A stretch of 64,000 bases of DNA from a virus: IMG/VR virus record IMGVR_UViG_3300017917_001687, positions 1 to 64,000 of that record. One strand, 5' to 3'. Positions 51,178 through 61,941 of the stretch are shown here, piece after piece (positions within the stretch are counted from its first letter, which is position 1; every line of letters starts with the position of its first letter). The notes beneath the pieces are model-generated. The model was not told the origin of the DNA and did not search any database. It saw only the letters and a list, made by a program, of their open reading frames with translations. Position numbers and translations under genes: made by a program.

Positions 51178-53037
51178 ATGGATGAATCACAAAAAATATT
51201 GTCAGACTTAACGGTCTACATGAAGTACGCTAAGTTTGTTCCCGAATTACAGAGAAGAGAATCTTGGGAAGAATTGGTCACTAGAAACATGGACATGCAC
51301 ATTAAAAAGTACCCTAAATTAAAAGATGAAATAACTAAAGTGTACAAATTTGTGTATGATAAAAAAGTATTACCATCAATGAGATCAATGCAATTTGGTG
51401 GTAAACCAATTGAAATTTCACCAAATAGAATTTACAATTGTGCTTACTTACCAATCGACCATATTGATGCGTTTTCAGAAACGATGTTCTTATTATTAGG
51501 TGGAACAGGTGTTGGATATTCAGTTCAAAAACACCATGTTGATAGACTACCTGAAGTAAGAAAACCAAACCCAAATAGGGTTAGAAGATTTTTAATTGGG
51601 GATTCAATTGAGGGATGGGCAGACGCAATAAAAGTGTTGTTTAAATCATACTTTGGTCAACAATCATCAACACCTGAATTTGACTATTCAGACATTAGAC
51701 CTAAAGGTGCACAATTAGTTACCTCTGGTGGTAAAGCTCCGGGACCTCAACCATTAAAAGATTGTATCCATAAATTACAAGGAATGTTGGATTCAAAAGA
51801 AGATGGTCAAAAACTAACACCAATTGAAGTACATGATATGGTTTGTCATATTGCGGATGCGGTTCTTGCTGGCGGTATTCGTAGAGCGGCATTAATTTCG
51901 TTATTCTCGGCAGATGACCACGAAATGATTTCATGTAAGTCAGGCGCTTGGTGGGAACAAAACCCACAACGTGGTAGAGCAAATAACTCAGCAGTCCTTG
52001 TTAGACACAAAGTGACCAAAGATTTCTTTATGGATTTATGGAAACGTGTTGAAGCGTCAGGAGCGGGCGAACCTGGAATTTATTTAACCAATGACAAAGA
52101 TTGGGGAACAAACCCTTGTTGTGAAATTGCGTTGAGACCAAATCAATTCTGTAACTTATGTGAAGTAAATGTATCGGATATTGAATCTCAAGAAGATTTA
52201 AACGCTCGTGTTAAGGCGGCTGCGTTTATTGGAACACTACAAGCTGGTTATACTGATTTCCATTACTTAAGAGATATTTGGAAACGTACAACAGAAAAAG
52301 ATGCGTTAATTGGTGTATCAATGACCGGTATCGGTTCTGGTGTTGTTTTAGGTTATGATATGAAAGAAGCAGCTAAAATTGTTAAGGAAGAAAACTCAAG
52401 AGTGGCTGAATTAATCGGTATTAATAAATCTGCGAGAACAACAACAGTAAAACCAGCAGGTACCACATCATTAACATTGGGTACATCATCAGGAATACAC
52501 GCATGGCATAACGATTATTACATTAGACGTGTTAGGGTTGGTAAAAATGAGGCGATTTATAATCACCTTGTAACTAATCATCCAGAACTAGTTGAAGACG
52601 AGTTTTTCAGACCACATGATACTGCAGTAATATCGGTTCCACAAAAAGCTCCTGAAGGTGCTATTTTAAGGACAGAAAGCCCATTCCAATTGTTGGAACG
52701 TATTAAAAAGATTACACAAGAATGGGTTAAACCTGGACATAGAAGTGGTTCTAATTCACACAACGTCTCTGCAACTGTTAGTTTAAAACCCGAAGATTGG
52801 GAACTAGCTGGTGAATGGATGTGGGAAAATAGAGATTACTACAATGGATTGTCTGTTTTACCATATGATGGTGGTACATACATACAAGCACCATTTGAGG
52901 ATTGTACAAAAGAAGAATTTGATAAACTTTATACTAAGTTACACTCAATTGATTTAACTAAAGTTGTTGAAATCAATGATGAAACAAATCTTAGTGGTGA
53001 ATTGGCTTGTGCTGGTGGTGCATGTGAGATTAAGTAA
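51178..53037 (+). CDS. nrdJ: Class II (adenosylcobalamin-dependent) monomeric ribonucleoside-triphosphate reductase
   Basis: YNCA, GGIRRAALI, TNPCCEI, TTVKPAGT, C-terminal ACAGGACEI; no class I small subunit nearby. Confidence 0.88.
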   Translation: MDESQKILSDLTVYMKYAKFVPELQRRESWEELVTRNMDMHIKKYPKLKDEITKVYKFVYDKKVLPSMRSMQFGGKPIEISPNRIYNCAYLPIDHIDAFSETMFLLLGGTGVGYSVQKHHVDRLPEVRKPNPNRVRRFLIGDSIEGWADAIKVLFKSYFGQQSSTPEFDYSDIRPKGAQLVTSGGKAPGPQPLKDCIHKLQGMLDSKEDGQKLTPIEVHDMVCHIADAVLAGGIRRAALISLFSADDHEMISCKSGAWWEQNPQRGRANNSAVLVRHKVTKDFFMDLWKRVEASGAGEPGIYLTNDKDWGTNPCCEIALRPNQFCNLCEVNVSDIESQEDLNARVKAAAFIGTLQAGYTDFHYLRDIWKRTTEKDALIGVSMTGIGSGVVLGYDMKEAAKIVKEENSRVAELIGINKSARTTTVKPAGTTSLTLGTSSGIHAWHNDYYIRRVRVGKNEAIYNHLVTNHPELVEDEFFRPHDTAVISVPQKAPEGAILRTESPFQLLERIKKITQEWVKPGHRSGSNSHNVSATVSLKPEDWELAGEWMWENRDYYNGLSVLPYDGGTYIQAPFEDCTKEEFDKLYTKLHSIDLTKVVEINDETNLSGELACAGGACEIK

Positions 53038-53240
53038 TGAACGATAAGATAAAAATAAATGAGGGGGAGGATAATACTTCCCCTTTAGATTTTTACACTG
53101 AAAATGGTAATAGGGTTTTTACCGAACATTACCACAAAAAAAGAGGATTTTGTTGTGGTAATCGATGTCGTCATTGCCCTTACGAACCCAAATATCAAAA
53201 ATATAACATGACATTATTAGAAAATAAAGAACCACGTTAA
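53037..53240 (+). CDS. Small Cys-rich protein (DUF5522-like)
   Basis: RGFCCGNRCRHCPY motif. Confidence 0.7.
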   Translation: MNDKIKINEGEDNTSPLDFYTENGNRVFTEHYHKKRGFCCGNRCRHCPYEPKYQKYNMTLLENKEPR

Positions 53241-53253
53241 TCGTGGTTTTTTT
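53228..53253 (+). terminator. Intrinsic terminator ending the replication operon
   Basis: aaccacg-ttaat-cgtggtt plus T run. Confidence 0.7.
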
Positions 53254-53268
53254 GTATATTTATAGTAT

Positions 53269-53598
53269 ATGAAAAATATTAGTTTTGAACATGAACACTT
53301 GGACCACTACGATGGTCAAGATAACTATGAACTTGGAATCTATGAAGATGGTGAAGTTATGGGCTATGTTCAATATGTTATCTTTGACAACGAAATCACA
53401 GTTAGTGATATACTGGTTAGACCAAACAGAAGAAGAGAGGGTTTCGGTTCCATGTTAATAAAAAAGATGAAACAATTACACCCAGAAGCAACATACAGAC
53501 CATCACTAAAAACCGATTTAGGATCTAAGTTTATTCATAAAGATGTTGAATTAAACGAAGAAGTAGATCGAATAAAGAAACTAATAAATCTATTATAG
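53269..53598 (+). CDS. GNAT-family acetyltransferase
   Basis: ILVRPNRRREGFGSMLI acetyl-CoA binding motif A; preceded by TATTTATA at 53257. Confidence 0.75.
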   Translation: MKNISFEHEHLDHYDGQDNYELGIYEDGEVMGYVQYVIFDNEITVSDILVRPNRRREGFGSMLIKKMKQLHPEATYRPSLKTDLGSKFIHKDVELNEEVDRIKKLINLL

Positions 53599-53639
53599 TT
53601 TTATTCACACCCATTTCGTTATTTCCTATATTTATATGT

Positions 53640-54095
53640 ATGGCAGTAACATATGGTATAGATTTTCCTTTTAGGAATAGCTTAAAGGGTGATTTCCTAA
53701 CAATGACCGAAACACCCGAACAAGAGATCAGGGCGAACCTGATACATCTTTTATTGACTCGAAAGGGTTCTAGATATTATTTACCCGATTTTGGTACAAG
53801 ATTATATGAGTTCATTTTTGAACCTAATGATGCTGTTACTTGGGGTCAAATAGAAGATGAAATAAGGACTGCGGTTAAAACTTATATACCAAACTTAGAA
53901 ATCAAAAAAATTACTGTTGTTGGTGCGGAACAAGATACCGATGGTGAAGGTGTAAGTGTTAGTGAGGATGAAGATTCTCGCTTATTTAGAATTTCAGACG
54001 CATCTAGTAAACCATACACCGCAAAAGTTAGAGTGGATTATGAGGTTAACGACTCACCATTTGTATCATCAGATTTTATAATTATAAACATTTAA
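53640..54095 (+). CDS. Baseplate wedge protein gp25-like
   Basis: GIDFPF, LLTRKGSRYYLPDFGT.L...IFEP. Confidence 0.9.
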   Translation: MAVTYGIDFPFRNSLKGDFLTMTETPEQEIRANLIHLLLTRKGSRYYLPDFGTRLYEFIFEPNDAVTWGQIEDEIRTAVKTYIPNLEIKKITVVGAEQDTDGEGVSVSEDEDSRLFRISDASSKPYTAKVRVDYEVNDSPFVSSDFIIINI

Positions 54096-54096
54096 T

Positions 54097-55929
54097 ATGG
54101 CTAAGAAAATATCATACGCAACAAGAGATTTTGCAGGGTTAAGACAAGAACTTGTTAATTTAACTAGACAATACTACCCTGATTTAATCAAGAATACAAA
54201 CGATGCATCAATATATTCTGTATTGTTAGATTTAAACGCTGCGGTTGCAGATAATTTACATTTTCACATTGATAGGGTTTGGCAAGAAACAATGTTGGAT
54301 TTTGCACAACAAAGACAATCATTATTTCACATTGCAAAAACATATGGTATAAGATTACCTGGTAATCGTCCATCGGTTGCTTTGTGTGATTTTACAATAA
54401 AGGTTCCTGTTAGGGGGGACAAAGAAGATGAAAGATACTTAGGTACTATTACCGCAGGTGCTCAACTATCAGGTGGTGGACAAGTTTTTGAAACAATTGA
54501 AGATATTGATTTTTCAAATCCTTTTAATAGTAGAGGTGAACCTAATAGACTTAAAATTCCAAATTTTGATGCTAACAATAGGTTGATATCATACTCAATA
54601 GTTAAAAGAGAGGCTGTTGTTAATGGTTTAACAAGAATTTATAGAAGAGTAATTAATCAAACAGATCAAAAACCATTTTTAAAACTTTATCTACCGGAAC
54701 AAAACGTATTGGGTGTAACATCAATAATACATAAAGAGGGAACAAACATTGTTGCTAATCCAAGTAATTCTGAATTTTTATCTTCACCAAATAAGTGGTA
54801 TGAAGTTAAATCGTTAATACAAGATAAAATTTTTATTCCAGATCCAACAACCGCTTCAGATAAAGAAAATTTTGTGGCGGGCACATATGTTCCTGTTACA
54901 AACAAATTTATTACAGAATACACCCCTGAGGGATATTTCTCAGTTACTTTTGGTTCGGGAAATGTTAATCCGCTTGATAATTTAGATAACTATAATCAGG
55001 GGTCTTTAAGAGTCAGTTTAGGTACCTATCTAAATAATTTATCATTAGGTGCGGTACCAGGTCCAAACACAACAATATTTGTAAAATATAGAGTTGGTGG
55101 TGGTGCCGATACAAATATAGGTGTTGATGTAATTACAAACGTTGATAATGTTGATTTTGTAATCAATGGTCCTAATAGTAATATCAATAACCAAGTTCAA
55201 CAATCATTAACAGTTTCAAACGTAACACCTGCAGTAGGTGGTGCTGACCAACCCACAATAGAAGAGATTAGAAATTTAATTGGATATAATTTTGCAGCAC
55301 AAAACAGGGCGGTTACATTAAACGACTATAAAGTTTTGATTGAAACGATGCCATCCACATTTGGTGCACCAGCTAAAGTTAGTGTAATGGAAGAAGATAA
55401 TAAAATAAAAATTAAACTTCTTTCATATGATGAAAATGGTAATTTAATTGACACCGTTTCAAACACTTTAAAAAATAATATAGTAACATATCTATCAGAA
55501 TATAGAATGGTTAATGACTTTCTTGAGATTGAAAGTGCTGAAGTTATTGATATGTCATTAGAGATTGACCTTATAATCGATAAAAATAATAATCAAACCG
55601 AAATAATTAGAACATGTATACAAGATGTCGTTGATTATTTTTCGGTAGATAAAAGAAAAATGGGTGACCCATTATTTGTTGGTGATTTAAATAGAATCAT
55701 TAATGATGTTAATGGTGTTGTCAATGTTGTTGATATAAGAGTTTTCAACATGATAGGTGGGGAATACTCAACCGCAGAAGTAGCTCAATCATATGTTGAT
55801 AACACAACAAAAGAAATCCAACAATCAGATATGACTATTTTCATGAAATCAAATCAAATATATCAAGTAAGATTTCCAGAAAAAGATATTAAAATCAGAG
55901 TTAAAACTATAGGAACAACTACATTCTAA
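54097..55929 (+). CDS. Baseplate wedge protein gp6/J-like
   Basis: RDFAGLR, YRVGGG..TN, GGAD....EEIR, AQNRAVTLNDY. Confidence 0.9.
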   Translation: MAKKISYATRDFAGLRQELVNLTRQYYPDLIKNTNDASIYSVLLDLNAAVADNLHFHIDRVWQETMLDFAQQRQSLFHIAKTYGIRLPGNRPSVALCDFTIKVPVRGDKEDERYLGTITAGAQLSGGGQVFETIEDIDFSNPFNSRGEPNRLKIPNFDANNRLISYSIVKREAVVNGLTRIYRRVINQTDQKPFLKLYLPEQNVLGVTSIIHKEGTNIVANPSNSEFLSSPNKWYEVKSLIQDKIFIPDPTTASDKENFVAGTYVPVTNKFITEYTPEGYFSVTFGSGNVNPLDNLDNYNQGSLRVSLGTYLNNLSLGAVPGPNTTIFVKYRVGGGADTNIGVDVITNVDNVDFVINGPNSNINNQVQQSLTVSNVTPAVGGADQPTIEEIRNLIGYNFAAQNRAVTLNDYKVLIETMPSTFGAPAKVSVMEEDNKIKIKLLSYDENGNLIDTVSNTLKNNIVTYLSEYRMVNDFLEIESAEVIDMSLEIDLIIDKNNNQTEIIRTCIQDVVDYFSVDKRKMGDPLFVGDLNRIINDVNGVVNVVDIRVFNMIGGEYSTAEVAQSYVDNTTKEIQQSDMTIFMKSNQIYQVRFPEKDIKIRVKTIGTTTF

Positions 55930-55984
55930 TTTTATTTTTGATTATTATTCTGGAAATTATATAAAATTCTATTTATATAGAAGT

Positions 55985-58900
55985 ATGCAGAAACATAGAA
56001 TTTCCACAAATATAGGTGTTGACAATAAAGTAGTTGTTGAATTAAAACAAGATTATGATTTATTAGAAATCTTGTCACTTAAATTCACCCAAACAGAGGC
56101 GTATTCCTCAATGTGCTCCGATTATGGGGTTGTTTGTGGTAGAATATCAGTAAATAATGGTTTTGGTGTACCTAACATCCGGGTATCAATTTTTATACCA
56201 ATACAAGATGAAGATATTGACGATCCTGTCGTTTCTGCTCTTTACCCATACACAACCGTTGACGATAAAAATGAAGATGGTTATAGATATAATCTATTAC
56301 CCGCTAGAAGACAACATGGTGGTCATGCACCGACAGGAACATTTCCTGATCAAACAGACGTATTAACAAGAGAAGAGGTACTTGAAGTATATGAAAAGTA
56401 CTACAAATACACAGTAAAAACAAACGAGGCTGGCGACTTCATGATATGGGGTGTTCCTGTTGGTTCACAAACATTACATGTTGATACCGATCTTTCTGAT
56501 ATTGGTTGTTTCTCATTAAGACCAGATGATTTTATCAGACAGGGAATGGGTGTTGATAAATTCAAAAATAACTATGAATTTAAAAACTCTAATGATATTG
56601 ATTCGTTACCACAAATCGTTTCTTTCAATCAAACAATTGAAGTGTATCCATTTTGGGGAAATGAAGATTTATGTGAGATTGGGATAACCAGAACCGACTT
56701 TGATTTGTCTAGTCGAGGTGTTAAGATTGAACCCAAGGCTTATTTGTTAGGGTCCGTATATTCCGATCAAGGTAATATAACTGTTAATAAGAATTGTACA
56801 CCGAAAGGTAAGATGGGTAGAAAGTGTGACCTAACGACTTTTGGGTGTAATGTTGAAATTATAAGATTTAATAGTTTAAGAGACTCTAAAGGTAGACCTG
56901 GTTTGGAATTTTATGAATTTCAAGAAGATGTTGATGATGATGGTTCATTTGTTATACCATTACCGATGAATATGGATTATGTGTTCACAAATGAATTTGG
57001 GGAAAATGAAGTTACTAACGACCCAAATAAAGGAATACCAACATCTGCATGTTATCGTTTTAGGATTTCACCAAAAGACCAAGGGGTAACTGATGGATTT
57101 TTTGGTAGTAGTAGGGTTTTGGGTAGTTATCTAATACCAAACTTAAGAGAATATAGCGCAAATGATACCGAAATAAACAAATCATATGCTTGGTCATTAA
57201 ATTGGGATGATTATCCAACAGCGGCAATAAATGATAGTGTTGTGTTTAAAAACGTTTTGGGTAGTTATTATCCTGAAGATTATTTTTATAGATTTACCTA
57301 TAATAAGGTGTATGCGATATCTTCTTTTATGGGTGTACACTTTTCAAAAGGATTTTTAAGTGGTAGAGACAATTTCTTGGGATTAAAAGACATATCACCA
57401 AAAGATGATGAAGATTGTCAAAGTGAGGTTTTAACACCACCGACAAATTGGGGATGGAGGAAGTTTACTTTTCCAATTTTATTAACATTAGTTATTAATT
57501 TCTTTGAGAGGTTAATTTACAAAGCGTTCGTAGGTGCGGTACAGATAATAATAACACCATTTCAAATAATGTATGAAGAAGTAAGGTTTACAATTGATTT
57601 AGGTTTTACAACATTTACATTCGCACCCTTTAATAGTTGGGATGAATTAATTATTGAACCATTACAAAGTTTCGGGACACTAAACTTAGGTACGGTTGTT
57701 TACCCTGAATGTGAATCTTGTGGTGATGTTGAAATACCAAATCCAGATCCTGTTACAGGTTCCGTAATTGATACCGATCCTGCACTTTTATATGAAAAAG
57801 TTGGTGAAGGTAAAGCGGTTAGGGATACTGTTGATGTTTATATTGATTGTGAAACTTGGAGTTTACAACCACCAACAACATCAGGATCAACAATTTTTGC
57901 ATACAATGATTGTTCGACAAACGCACTAACGAGTGTGACCTTAACTAGTGGTAGTTCTGTTACAAATGTTTGTATTAGACCACTTTCTTTGTCTATTACT
58001 CAGGTGGGTAATGGTGATGGTAGTGGATCGGCAATTGGTCAATGTGATAGTCTTATAACACACACACCAATTTACGATCCCGATAATACCAAAGAAGAAT
58101 TTATACTTAGTGATGTTTACACGGGAGCAACAATTCCGTTAACATCTTATAGTGCCTTTACCGTTTCGGGTAACACATATACATTTCCATTCATTAAATC
58201 TAATCAAAGTGCTTTCCGTAAATTTTTAATAAAATTAACGGGTTATTTACCACACGGTGATGTTGTTTCTTCTGGATCAACGGCGATATCAAATTTAAAC
58301 ATAACATCGACTGGAAGATCCGATTTATTAAATTTAACCACATATAGTGTTGCGATACCAATCACAATAAATGGATATAAGGGTACTGTAGTAAATAATT
58401 TAAATAATTGGGTTAGATACGTTGATGATAACGGCAATGATTTTCCGTGGACAGGATTTACATATGAGATATATGATACCTTTTTATTAAAACCATTACC
58501 ACCAGAAGATTCTTTTAGTTCTGCGGGGTTACCAGATGGTTGTTTATCAAGAAATACAATTTACAAAGAAAGCATCGTTAAAGGTAGCTATTGTGGGACC
58601 GGTGTAACACAATCATACAATACGTTAACTTATATTGAAGGTGCGAATTCATGTAAACCATATAATTTATTAACGGTGGGACAATCCGCATACGAACAAA
58701 AAATAAATGGTTGTACTATTGTTTGTTCACAAAGAAGTGGTTTTTCAGAATTAAGAAACGGAATTTATAGTGTCGTACCAGCGGCAAGTAGTAGTAATTG
58801 GAGAATTCAATTTGATTTAATTGATGAGTATGCCAGAACAAAACTTGTTAACAAGTTATTTTGTGAAGGTATTGTTAGTTATTCGTTTATTGACAATTGG

Positions 58901-60181
58901 TTAGCCGGATCTTTATATATGTTCCCATTCAAAGCAAAAGTTAGGTGGGACAATGAAGAACAATTAGACTTAAATTTTAGATGGACAAAATATTGTCCTA
59001 ATTTGGTTTATTTCAAAGTAAGTGAATCAACAACAAATTCACCAGTTAAGAGATTTTATTATAGATCCACAAAGTTTAATGGTTCTGATTTTACTAGATA
59101 TGATGGTTTTGGGGATGATTATGGAACTTTAGCACATCCAACAACTGTTGTGGATTTAGGACCAAGAGACGAGTTCATAAAAGAAATTTGTGTTGACCCA
59201 TCTTTGGATCCTAATTGTTCTGTTGTTAGAAGTGTCAGCTCAACATCATTCCAAAATTTTAAAGAATTGTTGGGTTTATATATAAATTATAGGTTGGACA
59301 CTGGTGGCGACAACTATTCATATAAAAACTTTTTTGACAATACTGGTTTTGTTTTTAATGACGATAACCGACAAGTTTTAAATGGTGATGTTTTACAATT
59401 ACTATCAATCAATAATGAAGCAGGCATTGAAGAGTTTGATTTACAAAACAAAAGTTATGGAGCGTATTCACCATCTGTTTTAGATCCTGAAGATTATCCT
59501 AATTTATTTAAAGATTCATTAGGTGGTTCAAATGGACCACTACCTGTAAACTTTATTTTAGACACCGATGGGTTTAGGGTTAGAACTTGTTTAAACGAAC
59601 CCGGAAGATTAACTGAATCATCACAAATGGTTCCATTTTTTTATTGGGATAAAAAGGCACCAGGTTTTGGTTCAGGTATTAGTCAATCATGGGATTATGC
59701 AACGGTTAGAAGTGAAAAATTACAAGGGATGACATATCAATACTCATTTACGGGTGATTCGAGTTACAATTATGTATTATTCCCAATGACAAAAGAATAT
59801 AGTGGAGAGACAATAACTATAGGTGGTGTACAATTAAACGATGTTGGTTTTGACATTGAAACAACAGGTTCAACAGTTTACCTATCTTACAGTAATCAAG
59901 AAGAAGGGTTCACTGTGTTATACATTACGTCAGGAACAACCAGTAACCCATTGGCAGGAACATTATATACAAGAACAGGAAGTACAGGTAATTGGGTTTC
60001 AAGATCATGGAACAATGACATTGATTTTATTATTAAACCAACAGGAACCAACTATACGGGTAATTTACAAATACTTTCAACTCCGTTCTTATTTTATTTT
60101 GGTTTGAGACCCGGTAAAACCGCGGTTGATAAATTTGTTGCTAGGTTTGGACCTGCAGGTGTTTTTCCAAGTGCTGAATAA
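55985..60181 (+). CDS. Large Cys-rich baseplate-associated structural protein
   Basis: Follows gp6-like gene; N-terminal GR....G.GVPN..VS / TN..GDFMIWGVP beta-sandwich; TATTTATA at 55970. Confidence 0.6.
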   Translation: MQKHRISTNIGVDNKVVVELKQDYDLLEILSLKFTQTEAYSSMCSDYGVVCGRISVNNGFGVPNIRVSIFIPIQDEDIDDPVVSALYPYTTVDDKNEDGYRYNLLPARRQHGGHAPTGTFPDQTDVLTREEVLEVYEKYYKYTVKTNEAGDFMIWGVPVGSQTLHVDTDLSDIGCFSLRPDDFIRQGMGVDKFKNNYEFKNSNDIDSLPQIVSFNQTIEVYPFWGNEDLCEIGITRTDFDLSSRGVKIEPKAYLLGSVYSDQGNITVNKNCTPKGKMGRKCDLTTFGCNVEIIRFNSLRDSKGRPGLEFYEFQEDVDDDGSFVIPLPMNMDYVFTNEFGENEVTNDPNKGIPTSACYRFRISPKDQGVTDGFFGSSRVLGSYLIPNLREYSANDTEINKSYAWSLNWDDYPTAAINDSVVFKNVLGSYYPEDYFYRFTYNKVYAISSFMGVHFSKGFLSGRDNFLGLKDISPKDDEDCQSEVLTPPTNWGWRKFTFPILLTLVINFFERLIYKAFVGAVQIIITPFQIMYEEVRFTIDLGFTTFTFAPFNSWDELIIEPLQSFGTLNLGTVVYPECESCGDVEIPNPDPVTGSVIDTDPALLYEKVGEGKAVRDTVDVYIDCETWSLQPPTTSGSTIFAYNDCSTNALTSVTLTSGSSVTNVCIRPLSLSITQVGNGDGSGSAIGQCDSLITHTPIYDPDNTKEEFILSDVYTGATIPLTSYSAFTVSGNTYTFPFIKSNQSAFRKFLIKLTGYLPHGDVVSSGSTAISNLNITSTGRSDLLNLTTYSVAIPITINGYKGTVVNNLNNWVRYVDDNGNDFPWTGFTYEIYDTFLLKPLPPEDSFSSAGLPDGCLSRNTIYKESIVKGSYCGTGVTQSYNTLTYIEGANSCKPYNLLTVGQSAYEQKINGCTIVCSQRSGFSELRNGIYSVVPAASSSNWRIQFDLIDEYARTKLVNKLFCEGIVSYSFIDNWLAGSLYMFPFKAKVRWDNEEQLDLNFRWTKYCPNLVYFKVSESTTNSPVKRFYYRSTKFNGSDFTRYDGFGDDYGTLAHPTTVVDLGPRDEFIKEICVDPSLDPNCSVVRSVSSTSFQNFKELLGLYINYRLDTGGDNYSYKNFFDNTGFVFNDDNRQVLNGDVLQLLSINNEAGIEEFDLQNKSYGAYSPSVLDPEDYPNLFKDSLGGSNGPLPVNFILDTDGFRVRTCLNEPGRLTESSQMVPFFYWDKKAPGFGSGISQSWDYATVRSEKLQGMTYQYSFTGDSSYNYVLFPMTKEYSGETITIGGVQLNDVGFDIETTGSTVYLSYSNQEEGFTVLYITSGTTSNPLAGTLYTRTGSTGNWVSRSWNNDIDFIIKPTGTNYTGNLQILSTPFLFYFGLRPGKTAVDKFVARFGPAGVFPSAE

Positions 60182-61941
60182 TGAAAAATAAAAATATATT
60201 ACTTCCATCAAAAAGATTTTTCGGATCAATAGATGAGGATTTAACGTTAAGGGTTGAACTTGATGAAACAAGAAATTTATTAAGAGAAGGTGATAGAACT
60301 ATAATTCTCGATAATACAGTATTATTTGATAAAGAAAGAAACGAAAGTAACAACTATAAAATACATGGTAAACTAAAAATGGTTTTTAGAAACATGTATA
60401 GTGGTAATACCGATTACACGCCATTAAAAGAATTGTTATATTTGGTTGGAGATGGTAGTGATAATGACTTTACAGGATTTTTACCATACAACGAATTGGC
60501 ATTACTAAGAAAAGATGTTTTAAGAGAGGTTAACCAAGCGGTACCGACAGACGAATTAAATTTCTATCTACCAAACATAGTTGTAAGTGGACAAAGTCAA
60601 CACATGTCAATAACATCCATTGAAGCACCATACCATAATTGGAACATATATTTGAGTTATGTTTATTCGGGGGACACACAACACCCTATGAAATATACCT
60701 TAAGTGGTGGTACGGTTTTTGATTTTATTGCTGGTGACGGAATACCATTTAGAATTAGTGACAATGGAAGTACATATCGTTTAACAAGTCCAGTTGAACA
60801 TGGTTTTACTGATGGTGAATATATCACCATATCGGGAGGAACATTAAACAATACCATACCTGTTTCAGGAAGAACTTTTTTAGTAACATCCGTGGGTTCT
60901 GAAATTTATAACTCTGAAAAATATGTGTTAGATATCTCAAAATCAGAAGTACCATCAGGAACAACATTTAGTACTGTGGTGTTTGGGAAAAGGTGTATTG
61001 ACGTTAGAAATATATCGGGAACAACATCAACATATTATGTACATAAACACAAAACACTAACATCTGAAAAAGATTATATTCTTGATAAGGTTGGTTTTGA
61101 ATCACCTATTTGGGAAAATGAAAGAAAACTAGTGTTTGAAAATAGTTCAGGGGTTAACGATTTTTTAGTTGAGAGAAATAGAATGGAGTCATTGATTTAT
61201 GACTTTAAATCATCGTTTGTTTTGACAGGATTAACCAATAATTTGGGATACACACCAACAGATGTTTATGTCACTGTTGTTTTCATAAACGGCAATGGAT
61301 TTTTTGAATATCCACCTAAAGTTGGTTGGAAATTTAATTTTCACGACACATGGATTGACGAACATTTTGATGGATCAAATAGTATTGAAACAACAATACC
61401 AACAACAGCATTCACAAGAACCGATAATGCAATAGTGTATAATTTTACTGGTGGAACAGAATTACCATTAGGTACAATATTAAATGGTGCCTTTGTTGAA
61501 TATAACGAATCTGAATTGAAGGAAAGAATTGTTAGTGAGGCTTTTCATAGAATATCTAATCCTGTAAACATTTTTGATTATGGTCAAGATGGAAATACGT
61601 CTGGTTTCTCGGGAGCATCCCCAACAAACTTATTTGGATTATATTACCAACCACACAATAGGATTAAATTAAGACAATTATCACCATACATTGAAACTTC
61701 AACAACAAAAGAAGTATATAATTTACCACAAAACGCAAAATATTCTGAAGATGAAAAACTTTGGAAATGGAGAGATTTGTATGATCATGGATTTATTGAC
61801 CCTGATGGTTTCGGAACAAATTATCCATTCATTAATAATATTCACTACGTAAAAAATGATATTAATTTCTATTTACGTAATGAGAACTTATACACAAATA
61901 AACAAGATTTAATCAAAACGGTAACTAGCTTTAAATGTTAA
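60181..61941 (+). CDS. Putative structural protein
   Basis: 586 aa, translationally coupled, rich in [ST]GxT; HGFTDGEYITI beta-barrel-like motif. Confidence 0.6.
   Translation: MKNKNILLPSKRFFGSIDEDLTLRVELDETRNLLREGDRTIILDNTVLFDKERNESNNYKIHGKLKMVFRNMYSGNTDYTPLKELLYLVGDGSDNDFTGFLPYNELALLRKDVLREVNQAVPTDELNFYLPNIVVSGQSQHMSITSIEAPYHNWNIYLSYVYSGDTQHPMKYTLSGGTVFDFIAGDGIPFRISDNGSTYRLTSPVEHGFTDGEYITISGGTLNNTIPVSGRTFLVTSVGSEIYNSEKYVLDISKSEVPSGTTFSTVVFGKRCIDVRNISGTTSTYYVHKHKTLTSEKDYILDKVGFESPIWENERKLVFENSSGVNDFLVERNRMESLIYDFKSSFVLTGLTNNLGYTPTDVYVTVVFINGNGFFEYPPKVGWKFNFHDTWIDEHFDGSNSIETTIPTTAFTRTDNAIVYNFTGGTELPLGTILNGAFVEYNESELKERIVSEAFHRISNPVNIFDYGQDGNTSGFSGASPTNLFGLYYQPHNRIKLRQLSPYIETSTTKEVYNLPQNAKYSEDEKLWKWRDLYDHGFIDPDGFGTNYPFINNIHYVKNDINFYLRNENLYTNKQDLIKTVTSFKC

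Noticed and set aside
17988-53037. Inteins or introns in polymerase, helicases or RNR
   Set aside because: ORFs are continuous and of normal size, with no intein splice or homing endonuclease motifs seen.
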